Origin: a virus | DNA length: 64,000 nucleotides | Strand: one strand, 5' to 3' | IMG/VR virus record: IMGVR_UViG_3300021364_003460 | Coordinates: 126,866-190,865 of that record | Shown: positions 51,601 through 58,888 of the stretch, in pieces | Layout of the letters: each line of letters begins with the position of its first letter | Numbering within the stretch: position 1 is the stretch's first letter | Made by a program: the position numbers and the translations under genes | Notes under the pieces: model-generated | Databases searched by the model: none | What the model was told of the DNA's origin: nothing | Seen by the model: the letters and a program-made list of their open reading frames with translations, nothing else

Positions 51601-53628
51601 CAAATTAAAGATGACAATAAAGACCTACAATTACAGAAAACTTTAGAGAAGTATGAGTTAACTGATACTAAGAAAGAAGAGTTATTAAAGAGGCTAGGTT
51701 ATGATGAAACTACTGGTGATTATGATGTTTTCAGAGAAAGAGATGCTCAAGGTAATGTAATTGGCAGAGGATTCAATCAAAACATAGCTGCTGCTCAACT
51801 CACTAAAGAGTACATAGTAGCAGCTTACAAGACTAAACAAGATATGGTATCTGTGGTCTCTGACTTTGCTTACAGTAAAGGGCTAAATGATGGAGACTCT
51901 ACAGGTAGAAGTATGTTGTCTTCTTTTAGAGAAAACTTTAGTAAGTTTGATTCTACAGAGCAAGCTAGAATTACTAAGTTAGTACAAGCAGCAGATTCTT
52001 ATTTTACTGGAGGTGCAGACTTAGTTGGGTTAGCTGATGCTGAAAGTCAAGCCTTTATTGAAGCTTTGATAGATAGAGAGAACCAGCATAGGTCTTCTTA
52101 TGTTGATGAAGAAGGTAAGTTTGATAGAAAAAAAGCTAAAAAATGGTCTTGGACAACAGAAGACTATGAAGGTAAAACTGCTCAACAAGAAGAAGATTAT
52201 TATAAGAAACTATATGAAGCTCACGTTTATGCAACTACCTCTGATGCCTTTGGTAAGACTGTAGGTGACAATGGTGAAATGTTTATTAGGTTTGCTCAGT
52301 TTAACCAAGCTAGAAGAGATGTATATAGTGATAACCATTGGAGAGATACTGCTACTGGATTTGATATATTAAGTGACCCTCTAGCTATGGCTGAGATGTT
52401 AGGTATGGTATCAGGTAAGGTTACTCCTGAGTTCATAGGTAAAGCTATGAGAGTAGTAACTAATGCTGTTAGACAAAAAACTGGTGAAGCTAATCCTAGT
52501 TTAGAATCTATTACTAATGTAATCTTACAGGGTACTAGCATGAGTGAGACTCCTGAAGATAGAAAGATGAAGGAGATGTTTGCTTTTGTTCAGTCTAAAG
52601 ATAAGAGTGCTACAGAGCTATTAATGCAGACTGTAGAGAGCATGGCTTTAGGTAATATGTCTGCTACTGCTAAGGAGTTCATACAAAGAGGGCAGTTTGA
52701 TAACCAAGAAAACTTAACTCAAGCAGTCTTAAAAGAACACTTCTCTAAGATGGGATTTGATGCAGATGAATCTAATCTATTAGCTAACAGAGCTACTATG
52801 AGAGTTACTCAAGGTGCAGTAGCCCAAGTAGAAGCTAAGAAGATGATGGACAGAAACCAAATGGTTAATGTAATAGGTAGTCTTGGTAAAGATGCTGATG
52901 TGAAGGCTCAATCATTTATCTTTCCTGCATTAGGTCTCATAGGAGCAGCATTAGCTAGTGGTGACTTATCTCCAGAAGCCTTCCAAGTGGCAGCAGGTAC
53001 AGCACTAACCAACTTAAGTTATGTAAGGTGGAATAACCTTGAAAGTAATTTCAAAGGTACTGCTATGAATATGATTGGAGGTGGTGCTTTCAAGATGAGG
53101 TTAGCTCTACAAGAAAATGAAGGGGATGCAGGTAAAGCTATAGTCACTATGGCTACTAGAGAGTTAATAATGGGCAGTACAGCAGCTATAGTTAACAAAT
53201 ACGGCAGTGAGTATATTAATAAAGCTTTAGGGGGAATTAAGACTTTAGACTTTGATAGGTTTGAGTCTGCTAGAAATGTGGCTACCTCTACTATAACAGC
53301 AGTGGCATCTACTCTATTAGGTATGATGTTAGGTAATGGAGTGTTAGCCGCTGGAAAAATTATTAATAATGAGATTAATGAATCTGAACAAATAGTTAGT
53401 AAGATTAACCAAAGTATTCAACAAAGAGTATTCAATCAAGCTGCTGTTGAAGAGGAAGAAGAGTTAGCAGTTGAAGGGGATGGTGAATTCTTAGAATACA
53501 AAACTGTACATAACTGGGGAGAAGAAACTGATGTGGATTACACTACAGAAGAGTGGAGTATTAATGAAGAATTTAATTATGCTTTCAATAACACTCCTGT
53601 AGGTATGTACGCATTTGAACTTACTTAA
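42604..53628 (+). CDS. Giant 3674-aa protein: PLD-family domain + two-barrel RNA polymerase-like region + tape-measure-like C-terminus (candidate virion RNAP)
   Basis: H333-x-K335-x4-D340 and H589-x-K591; ILGNKIGFAG...Q..LP (~2132-2160), R2517-P, D2582FDGD2586; hydrophobic C-terminal helices. Confidence 0.7.
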   Translation: MQEPYNFEGIFKSRDNDSKPSFLRDVVRLHTHNSMEGNKDFILDREDQFEGFFSKNFQDQIEQRSRNLDYNNRERLTREAVFEHANYSFTSKLLNNANGVMGRMFASFETPNLFDDSDESERFGRETLHEFLNILKEPDDIREKRIKESVAPKPIAEMNYKFDNYINSNIENAENASRHINKDIRDFTNRVNAQDSIINYFTKGGQTRSVKLLDNVGYINRPGILPAISMIHDAESELSINIFQLQNKPIIDYLTSDLVNRAEEIRKQRRQGVQVDNFKFRLQLAWNEELANDAAGYNILGPNLTAIRTFQNLATKYADALDITVQTLDRRNHTKLIFSDQGAYISTQNQTAPVGKSLYQAGSNYESGRYVRNLQITQDSTVSERGEAKLYQQVKELQTKMFGQQKLLQTNQPNISGPVETYEMMRSSLDYLQKNKGKGVKADFILDQVFLLQYDSMLFDKVAEGEMGPESKGTIKRVITDLDKKKAKYRADIQEPLMLALIEGNAHVTTDVRNFKQNVQEPIYTELMKLDSFRDSGYNLDTFLNDDISLPTEERIRRVEAKVGSRSRAIQLLAMTSGNIQTANVPRQHVKASLLYRTSPNGIEGIAGELSSSNRGLYSMSLVDSDFERDMTNNELGMMFYSEDFAKGLKVTKQSPYSLESNEVTEELQEYTKHYISMKSDLSTRRVGQLEYSNVNNRAEWEKDVDRKKLANLFDSLNEMNKSTGGDAMKISYDYDSKGPISILVDLNNGLKYRFTALQGGVNNQGFIYEINKSKVIGESDFINQSSESIRTSFTDNGNPLFIKAGERLTLTPIQTTMSMISSISLEASQIRLIRAPLIEYQTHYAPGAEGSDNFDAGISRYLLALSGYSDRGVTDVLSIDQGSIIKGALENLQLRMRNSDATLDKVRQFAGIDINNEDRQAKLQYLTDLIQVFGSVNANDRRLLITGEGLDGRQSLKRFMSSLFSSHEYADVLYDFIQSQGDPLYQQATANYVKEVSSRVFDPYLNRTQVSVYGSTQAYRQRPLYGVNERRTAFGRGVNNAALSSLQGMFRLGGYALAASPFDHNATADFGTDFKNGSLLFIQITGTGGSREKSGLEYSGYNEYDNLLPYYQHKKIGTATGLDIIQDAGVGSIIDKQSVTDYNKAIAHLGLTVDSDDLLQGNDRMLLFNFDVKKKASQIPQRIKNVIGSRPTMELTTQLQELIELGSTKFAGQDINNIEALRSSYLSNLRNRVGNKANLITDMYAVGIEFGGQIRATLSNDVAEVLESIREDVNTEFEGVDEDTKAEILRVRLLNADLSGHSIRSFTGSSKRTGNSFVLFQLSGAYSDYSFLNPEFGSTDTLDGMRTGFADRAVKGHQASKLSSQRLLGAEGDFNLADELLIKSGSYIKRDKETGLFHVFSFDESQNTYIRGQAISSRKEFTVVRNLLEAVKAEPSIGRLGAVSNAASFEGEMAIEILRDVRILEGEVTSNEIRTEIDYIRTGRRGGSARQESLSGGLAKMVPIYLYDVDNTERGKGLLRQMFEQFERTSGRVGSFEGAGKLSYSQFYGVVNPSNLKSYFYEHGAQILIDSKKKAALLGTDGKTLAAALVMSFGTSRFASGDRNGVLTQLAKVAGKGQLGQFYQDQYLLSFLQHKGDVTKVGEGFINSFVDKKTKTESISNLQVRALEYIGLDLIRDALTGANPNAASEIQKRVTDLLTDTTGVVGKEYLNTGKDRGREMAIIAASLDYFVQLTQAQAHDIAVVNTTKDRSAYLSLGTIGGMSYEELIERENEGLNQLVNQLGRRSYTVGMWMSLSGSQSKVAISSKLESFIETQHTIFEPFYTNLTKFQKGGSLDSLRQLMAGFYGAMAGTHTGEFLNAMSGLQQINLLDTRNPIFASKMVGYYNDPFTSDAEFKEYQRNYEMFGVLQSLVSNETGDTINAALLKKVIEKYRKNADGLDLNPDTLNTELSNLIEAAENNQLGRVQEIINQGYEYSLYHFERMYADFRLNPDKGDANAGQAISTGLQRSAGAKGRFAFTLPVMEFNDDGSIKVYKNSLQRSFSLAGEDLKIIGESFGNVDAPILKSQAILWQAFSPNSAVSRLLDRINDGKSISEIDVSVEDYEEIMRFYITAINMPVEITEAVGVYGNKILGNKIGFAGGTTTPAAWFMGGTQMSILPETIMERHGAGSSNRRDAYDKVLQQIKGIDETSQTISNISEDKRNLQILKKYYSNRFVDAAERTPLIQETKSKQYLTYLARTLNKGISAASTSELNSLIEKSKEFQERLSLAGNNELELNRIITEIEGGISNESKYSIAYYRRRLQITNVDDKERFGVNLNEGGDPFVDLLGLYELRTLRAAAISQGGTSSRLNGEALDKSLEFAETMKHFYSPFRGLMIGSQADTNLPKVTPEEMALEMRRGASKLEKALGLNFDSISGLEKTAGKIYFEKVIGNIENFAKERIDELQNRYNSEVNGELAEGTIKRLQKMIADVKSYGNRLSDDMSEYDVRDIALLLTGEVEKYHAEINLGITQSMRPSPMGGSYLGRAVYDTFGLGDVNRLMRSWELPISFTPGGQEDVDHRNKTLHLFNPYSWLVSHLGDFDGDMITNMFRTTSQLDLRVRTYDASIAAAKEELILLGNKINATVPDTEDYTKLIKTKSDTEDRIVNLEKQKAEFSRLSQQTKDNTTYKEYQIAAAKWVGNYLKVDYRMFLDEKHGGYRLESQGNVPPEVLFTYTEQGRGLFGGMEAIVTKSMDLFYDFRKLAENKLTLQTWGDVQNRLDNLNDSGLKELIQKGNLPDELRDEIIRLSSDFEGDTLGRDAAIAEYVARLYSSQSGLETLQKYNLKGIDGSAMTPDIFMAMENTLGQAGSVVLGKSYNTMVGMLYTESPNLALSYALLNDPDEKLQTIVREAYGGGDIGLAKYNELKDAAQHSFLKSQQMGEFLQATQQILRDSIKPKDAALFIKELEEALLKYRSIEDADKKQEAYTEIVNKFGPGKGLKALIQMESLVQDLTILNNQIKDDNKDLQLQKTLEKYELTDTKKEELLKRLGYDETTGDYDVFRERDAQGNVIGRGFNQNIAAAQLTKEYIVAAYKTKQDMVSVVSDFAYSKGLNDGDSTGRSMLSSFRENFSKFDSTEQARITKLVQAADSYFTGGADLVGLADAESQAFIEALIDRENQHRSSYVDEEGKFDRKKAKKWSWTTEDYEGKTAQQEEDYYKKLYEAHVYATTSDAFGKTVGDNGEMFIRFAQFNQARRDVYSDNHWRDTATGFDILSDPLAMAEMLGMVSGKVTPEFIGKAMRVVTNAVRQKTGEANPSLESITNVILQGTSMSETPEDRKMKEMFAFVQSKDKSATELLMQTVESMALGNMSATAKEFIQRGQFDNQENLTQAVLKEHFSKMGFDADESNLLANRATMRVTQGAVAQVEAKKMMDRNQMVNVIGSLGKDADVKAQSFIFPALGLIGAALASGDLSPEAFQVAAGTALTNLSYVRWNNLESNFKGTAMNMIGGGAFKMRLALQENEGDAGKAIVTMATRELIMGSTAAIVNKYGSEYINKALGGIKTLDFDRFESARNVATSTITAVASTLLGMMLGNGVLAAGKIINNEINESEQIVSKINQSIQQRVFNQAAVEEEEELAVEGDGEFLEYKTVHNWGEETDVDYTTEEWSINEEFNYAFNNTPVGMYAFELT

Positions 53629-53902
53629 CTTCTTTCATGTAGTCTAATAATAACTTCAAAGGAACTGTATTAAGAACTGCTTTTAGGGTAACAGAAGCAG
53701 TTTGCTCATGAGAGCCCTTAATGAACTCACCATCTTGGTTATACAAGTTAAAAAAGCAATCTATAGGATGTTGTTTGTATTCACTAGGAATAGTAAGCTC
53801 ATTATCAAAGTGAAGATATTGAGTAGCTGGAGTAATAGCAGAATACAGTATTACATTAGGAAGAATAGTAATATGATAAGTCAAAGTAAAGTTATCTAGC
53901 AT
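53621..53902 (-). CDS. Hypothetical protein (93 aa)
   Basis: ORF in a coupled minus-strand run. Confidence 0.6.
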   Translation of the reverse strand: MLDNFTLTYHITILPNVILYSAITPATQYLHFDNELTIPSEYKQHPIDCFFNLYNQDGEFIKGSHEQTASVTLKAVLNTVPLKLLLDYMKEVK

Positions 53903-54186
53903 TAACCCTCCAAGTGTTCTACTGTATGTGATGTAAAGTTAAAGTTAGTAATATCAAGTGATATAAGAATTTCTATTATCTGTCCAATAGCTTCTACAAT
54001 ATCAAACTTATTACCTTCTAATGATAGTGAAATAGAAGTAGGAAACATATCTTTAATAGTGCAGTCTACATAGTCCAAATCTTTCTCTACTAAAAGAGGA
54101 AACTCATCTAGAATATCTATAAAAGCTTCCTCTGGATTACTAATAGTTATGTAAGCAGTCTGATTATAATTTTCATCTAAATACAT
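53902..54186 (-). CDS. Hypothetical acidic protein (94 aa)
   Basis: ORF with stop/start overlap. Confidence 0.6.
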   Translation of the reverse strand: MYLDENYNQTAYITISNPEEAFIDILDEFPLLVEKDLDYVDCTIKDMFPTSISLSLEGNKFDIVEAIGQIIEILISLDITNFNFTSHTVEHLEG

Positions 54187-54188
54187 TT

Positions 54189-54500
54189 TTATATATATCT
54201 CAACCTCTTAAGAAAGTGTCCAATAGTAGTGTAAATAGTTCTTAACATAATAATAAAGCTTCTATCTACACCTTGGAATAGTCTTTTAGAAAGCTGCCTG
54301 GAAAATGTATGCAAATGATATGTGTTATCTAGATAATAGTAGTCAAGTAAGTATTCTAAGACTTGTTGTTCAGTCAGATTTTTATCTTTAGTAAGTTGAA
54401 TTAATCTATTTTTATAGTAAGGAGATAATGTAGATTGAATAGTTAAGTTTAATTCCTCTTCTGGTATTAAATATTCTTTGTCTTCTATAGTTACAACCAT
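54189..54500 (-). CDS. Hypothetical protein (103 aa)
   Basis: ORF overlapping the upstream gene. Confidence 0.55.
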   Translation of the reverse strand: MVVTIEDKEYLIPEEELNLTIQSTLSPYYKNRLIQLTKDKNLTEQQVLEYLLDYYYLDNTYHLHTFSRQLSKRLFQGVDRSFIIMLRTIYTTIGHFLKRLRYI

Positions 54501-55381
54501 TGTGGGGTAGCAGTCCTCTCAGCTAGTTCAATATTAGGTAATTGGCCATAATTAGTATTCCAGAAGTTATCAGGTAGGTTAGCTAACCCAGGAGGTTTTA
54601 ACCTATTTTGATAAGGAGTATTGTAAGGGTGAACTAAAGTTAGAGGCTCCTGTTGGTTAAAAAGGTTAGCAGGCACATAAGTTCTGTAAGCATACTCCCC
54701 ATAGAAATTAACTGTAAGCTCTGTATGAGAATTAAGTGTAATATCTTTAAATGTAATCTCAAGGTAGGGTTTAGTTAAAAGAACAAAGTCTTTGTTAACT
54801 AATTCTCCAATATCAGAATCAGTGGATTTGAGTCTTACTTCTACAGGGTCAACTACCTGAATAGTAGCTCCTAATGCTTGTCCTACATTAATAAGTAAAG
54901 TGTAGTTTTCAGGTAGAGGCTCATACTCAACTAAGCTACTTTCACTATCTGTAGTGCTAGGTCTAGTCCAAGTAAGTGTATTAGTAATCTTATGTTTGTA
55001 AATAACCTCTTGTCTAAACTTAGTTTCTTGTTTAGTCCACTCATTGAAAGGTAAAGTGTACTTGTAGTGAGAAGAATAGCTAGTCTCTTGAAAGTAAGAA
55101 ATAATAGTGTAATAGAAATCAGCTTCCCATTGGGGGTCATAAGCACCTAACTCTATCTTTACTAACTTAGCTTCATTGTAGGGAAAAGAAAGTAATGAGT
55201 AGTTGCGGCTGACTATATTACCATTAGTATCTACTTGCTGAGTAGCTATCTCCCATGAGTCACCCCATTGTTCATAGAATTGAGTAAGAGTAGCTGTAGT
55301 AGTCTCTTCAGGTAAGTTAAGTTGAAAGTTATCTAATGGGTTATTTTTAATAGTTGGAATCATATAAATATTAGCTACCAA
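54491..55381 (-). CDS. Hypothetical, possibly virion protein (296 aa)
   Basis: Long ORF coupled to the PAAR gene. Confidence 0.65.
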   Translation of the reverse strand: MVANIYMIPTIKNNPLDNFQLNLPEETTTATLTQFYEQWGDSWEIATQQVDTNGNIVSRNYSLLSFPYNEAKLVKIELGAYDPQWEADFYYTIISYFQETSYSSHYKYTLPFNEWTKQETKFRQEVIYKHKITNTLTWTRPSTTDSESSLVEYEPLPENYTLLINVGQALGATIQVVDPVEVRLKSTDSDIGELVNKDFVLLTKPYLEITFKDITLNSHTELTVNFYGEYAYRTYVPANLFNQQEPLTLVHPYNTPYQNRLKPPGLANLPDNFWNTNYGQLPNIELAERTATPQWL

Positions 55382-55631
55382 TAAACACAGTTGAGGAACA
55401 TTGAACTATCACTCCACAGATAACTTTAGATTTCAGATGTGCAGCAGGCCTACCATCTACAAATACTGATGAGGAACCTGATATGCAGACTCCGGGTACA
55501 GACTTATCACCTAGTCTAACTTGCCCTCTACCATCTACAAATGAACTAAGTGAGGAAGTAAAGAAAGGTCCACTTGATCTAAAAGGACAAGTCTTAACTA
55601 CAAAGTCTCCTCTTCTAATTGCTCCAAGCAT
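55371..55631 (-). CDS. PAAR-motif spike tip protein
   Basis: S.FVDGRGQVRLGD...C...SSSVFVDGRPAAH...C...SSTVFIG. Confidence 0.88.
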   Translation of the reverse strand: MLGAIRRGDFVVKTCPFRSSGPFFTSSLSSFVDGRGQVRLGDKSVPGVCISGSSSVFVDGRPAAHLKSKVICGVIVQCSSTVFIGS

Positions 55632-55634
55632 ATA

Positions 55635-55898
55635 TTATTTTTTATCTAAATTGTGAGTATGATTAAATTCTTCATAAGGTATTTTATTTATATTACCTAA
55701 ATCAGAAATCATAATATTCTTAATTTCTCTATCAGTACAATTCTGAAAGATATATTTACCATTAACTATACAGTTTCTAGATGCAGCTAACTTAATATCT
55801 CCTTCTTTAGTAAATGTGAGCTGGCTGCCATTTAAAGTTAGTGTAATGTCTGTTGGAGTAAATAGTGATTTAATATAAGTGTATAGTAATTTAATCAT
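55635..55898 (-). CDS. Small protein resembling a gpV/gp5 spike C-terminal beta segment
   Basis: ITLTLNGSQLTFTKEGDIKLAA...VNGKYIF.NC; directly upstream of PAAR. Confidence 0.4.
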   Translation of the reverse strand: MIKLLYTYIKSLFTPTDITLTLNGSQLTFTKEGDIKLAASRNCIVNGKYIFQNCTDREIKNIMISDLGNINKIPYEEFNHTHNLDKK

Positions 55899-56272
55899 TA
55901 CATTAAGTAACCTCTATACAATTGTTCTAATCTTTCTAAATAAAGTAAGTGAGCATCTTTCATCATTACTCTATAAATAGAATGATCAACTGAAACATAA
56001 TCTTCTGTATTAATAAGTAGTCTTTCTAATTCTACTCTAATTTTAAAAATAAAATGGGATAGCATAGGAACATTATCATACAATCCATAATAATAAGTAT
56101 CACTAGCTTTACTTGTAGATGAATTAAAACTCTTATAAGTTAAACAAGAAGGAAATGTATCTATTTTAGATAACTGATTTAAATTATCTACTGTCCAACA
56201 TAAGTTATAAATATATTCTTCTAAAGTTTCTGCTTTAATAACAAAGAACTTTTCTAATTTAAGTGTATACAT
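55898..56272 (-). CDS. Hypothetical protein (start revised to MYTLKL)
   Basis: ATG at 56272 avoids overlap with the ligase start. Confidence 0.55.
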   Translation of the reverse strand: MYTLKLEKFFVIKAETLEEYIYNLCWTVDNLNQLSKIDTFPSCLTYKSFNSSTSKASDTYYYGLYDNVPMLSHFIFKIRVELERLLINTEDYVSVDHSIYRVMMKDAHLLYLERLEQLYRGYLM

Positions 56273-56281
56273 AATTGCTTT

Positions 56282-56893
56282 ATGAAATATAAGTATCCTA
56301 GAACCCCTCACTTACCTTTTAGTCCTGGTGCTACTTCAGATGACATCTTTAGTACAACTAACTTTAAAGGTAGGGAGATAGTTATTACTGAAAAGATGGA
56401 TGGTGAAAACACTAGTCTTTATTCTAATTACTACCATGCTAGAAGTATTGATAGTAAGCATAATGAGTCTCAATCTTGGTTAAAGAACTATCACTCTCAG
56501 ATAGCTTATAAGATTCCTCAAAACTGGAGGTTATGTGGAGAGAATCTTTATACAGTCCACTCACTTTCTTATACTAACTTAAAGAGCTATTTCTTACTAT
56601 TTAGTATATGGGAAGAAGAACTATGTTTAAGTTGGCAGGATACTGTAGACTTTGCTAGTGAATTGGAAGTAATTTTAGTTCCTGTACTTTACCAAGGTGA
56701 GTATAGTGAAAAGCTAGTTAAAGAGTTAGTGGCTAGTTTAGATTTGACTAAACAAGAAGGAATTGTAATTAGAATAGCTGACAGTTTTAAGTATAGTGAA
56801 TTTAGTAACTCAGTAGCTAAATGGGTTAGAAAGAATCATGTAACTACTGCTAATCACTGGAAACAAAGTAAGCTAGAACTAAACACTCTCTGA
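56282..56893 (+). CDS. RNA ligase (Rnl2-like nucleotidyltransferase domain only)
   Basis: KYPRTPHL..SPG...DD; motif I TEKMDGEN; HARS; GENL; F.LFSIW; EGIV.R; KWVR..H. Confidence 0.88.
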   Translation: MKYKYPRTPHLPFSPGATSDDIFSTTNFKGREIVITEKMDGENTSLYSNYYHARSIDSKHNESQSWLKNYHSQIAYKIPQNWRLCGENLYTVHSLSYTNLKSYFLLFSIWEEELCLSWQDTVDFASELEVILVPVLYQGEYSEKLVKELVASLDLTKQEGIVIRIADSFKYSEFSNSVAKWVRKNHVTTANHWKQSKLELNTL

Positions 56894-57367
56894 GACCTCA
56901 ACTATTTCATCTATGTCTACTTCTACTTGATTCTTACCGTCATTGCTATAAGTTTCTACAAGTAAGTCTTTTAGAGTTTGGTAAGCTTTAGAAGTAAGTA
57001 ATAACTTATTAGGGTCTTTGGGATGGAATTTAAAGTCATTAAAGGTAGGGTTAGCTGTTAACTTATCTTTAGGTTGGTTGCTAACTAGAAGGTAATATAA
57101 GTCATCTGCTGTTAACATAGGTGTCATAATAGCTCCATCTTCTTCAATAGTTAGAGAGTTGAGCCATTCATAATGGTTAGGATACTTATCAAACAAAGTA
57201 CCAATCACTTCATCCATTATTAACTCTACTATAGCTGGAGAATATATCTCAAGAAGGTGTTCTTGATAGTCTATTAAAGCATACTTATCTTCATTTCTAC
57301 ATACTTCTATGAGGTAGTTTTTAGCAGCATTAAACAGTCTTGTGTTAAATAGTTTTGTTTTACTCAT
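56879..57367 (-). CDS. Hypothetical protein (162 aa)
   Basis: ORF with AAGGTG SD-like sequence upstream. Confidence 0.65.
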   Translation of the reverse strand: MSKTKLFNTRLFNAAKNYLIEVCRNEDKYALIDYQEHLLEIYSPAIVELIMDEVIGTLFDKYPNHYEWLNSLTIEEDGAIMTPMLTADDLYYLLVSNQPKDKLTANPTFNDFKFHPKDPNKLLLTSKAYQTLKDLLVETYSNDGKNQVEVDIDEIVEVSESV

Positions 57368-57479
57368 ATCACCTTTGTCCTAAGTAGTATATCTACTATT
57401 CAATTGTCTACATACTAGTCTACCAGTATATGTAACCAATGTGTATTATTAAGATAGGATGTTTACCATGTATTAAATT

Positions 57480-58013
57480 ATGAAATCATTAATTAGTTTA
57501 GTTTTGTCAGGTTTGTTAGTTGTTAGTAGTGGTGGTGAGGCGATCGCTAACAGTAGAAAGAAACCTCTATGCAGCTACCCTATAGAGTCTAACTCTGATA
57601 CTAATAAAGTGTATAGATATCCTAAGTTTGGTATTTCTATGGTAATGCCAGATAACTTAGTCTCTATGCTGCTTCAGGATGGTAGTATTGATATCATTGA
57701 TAGGGGAACTTATAAGCTACTTCAATGTCCTAGAAGTGAAAGGATAGGTAGGGGTGCACCTGGTACTAGAATTAGCTGGGCTGATGATACTACCTATCAC
57801 TACTCTACTAACATAAAAGAGAATGTAGACTTATATATAAGAAAGGAGGGTGGAGAATACCCTACTTACTTAGTTATCCTCAGATTGGTTAATAAGAAAG
57901 GTCAGCTTATAGATATTAATATCTATGATGAAGGTCCTATAGATAGCAATAATGTAAAAGGATTTATTAAGGACTACATTAAGTTGGGTAGATCAATAGA
58001 GTTTATAGACTAA
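57480..58013 (+). CDS. Hypothetical exported protein with signal peptide
   Basis: MK + hydrophobic stretch + AIA-like cleavage region. Confidence 0.65.
   Translation: MKSLISLVLSGLLVVSSGGEAIANSRKKPLCSYPIESNSDTNKVYRYPKFGISMVMPDNLVSMLLQDGSIDIIDRGTYKLLQCPRSERIGRGAPGTRISWADDTTYHYSTNIKENVDLYIRKEGGEYPTYLVILRLVNKKGQLIDINIYDEGPIDSNNVKGFIKDYIKLGRSIEFID
57540..57547. repeat. HIP1 octamer
   Basis: GCGATCGC encoding A-I-A; shares GGCGATCGCTAACA with the copy at 279-292. Confidence 0.7.
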
Positions 58014-58075
58014 GAAAGGTTAGTATACATTGCTGAGTGGTAGTGTATACTAAAGAAAGTATAAGTTATTAATTT

Positions 58076-58438
58076 ATGATAAAACAAGTAACTTTAACTA
58101 GAAAACAGTATGACTTTGCTTCAAAAGAGTATACTAACTTAGAAGACATAAGTGACTGCTCTATTAAATTCTATAAAGATAATGAGGGCATAAGGGGTGC
58201 TGACTTAAAAGTACCTGTCACTACTCTTTTGAGAGAAGATATTAAAGAATATAAATTAGGTTACTTAAGGCTTCTTGGTAGTGTAGATAAGTTTAGCTTT
58301 AGTTGTACTATAGAAGATACTTATTATCTTTTTAGAAGGGGTTTACTAGAAAGTATAGAAGATAATACAGCTCTCTCTGACAAGAGAGATTCTTTAGCTA
58401 ACTTCTTTTTTATTGATGACAGAATAACAATAATATAA
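58076..58438 (+). CDS. Hypothetical protein (120 aa)
   Basis: ORF. Confidence 0.6.
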   Translation: MIKQVTLTRKQYDFASKEYTNLEDISDCSIKFYKDNEGIRGADLKVPVTTLLREDIKEYKLGYLRLLGSVDKFSFSCTIEDTYYLFRRGLLESIEDNTALSDKRDSLANFFFIDDRITII

Positions 58439-58614
58439 TGAATAAACCTTACTGTAGTAAAAGATATGGAGGAGGGTATTTGAGATATGGTTGAGAGAAA
58501 GTGTTAGGTGGAGAGTTGGGTTTACTATATCTTTGAGAATACCAGTTTTTGTGATTCATAAGGTACTTATATTAATAAAGTATAAATTTATTCAGGAGGT
58601 ATCTTAGGAAAAGG

Positions 58615-58729
58615 ATGAGAGGACTAAAAAGTATATAGGGTAAGGGTTCTAGCTATTTATTGAATAACCTATATCTCTTACTTCATATTATCTTCCTCTT
58701 ATTAGTCTCCTTACCTATAGTCCTCTCAT
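58615..58729. repeat. 12-bp perfect inverted repeat in a skewed non-coding region (candidate origin)
   Basis: ATGAGAGGACTA (58615-58626) / TAGTCCTCTCAT (58718-58729); purine-rich then pyrimidine-rich blocks. Confidence 0.5.
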
Positions 58730-58888
58730 ACCTGTCCTCTTAGTCCTAGCTCCCTCATCTCAGTCTCCTATAAGTCAGTTAGCGCAAAACAGCCATTTCA
58801 AGACTTAACAGAAATCCTTTAACTCTAACTTGGTATACTTTAACCCTGAAGATTCTCTAGCATAATCAATAGCTAATAACAAACTTTG

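Noticed and set aside
1571-52541. Short opposite-strand ORFs nested in long genes (for example 1571, 8032, 11162, 14021, 16726, 22630, 27380, 35649, 40267, 42861-52541)
   Set aside because: Antisense shadows of well-supported genes; no SD or recognisable motifs
42604-53628. N4-type (T7-like) virion RNAP
   Set aside because: Size is similar, but the motifs seen are the two-barrel DFDGD type; no T7-family motifs were recognised
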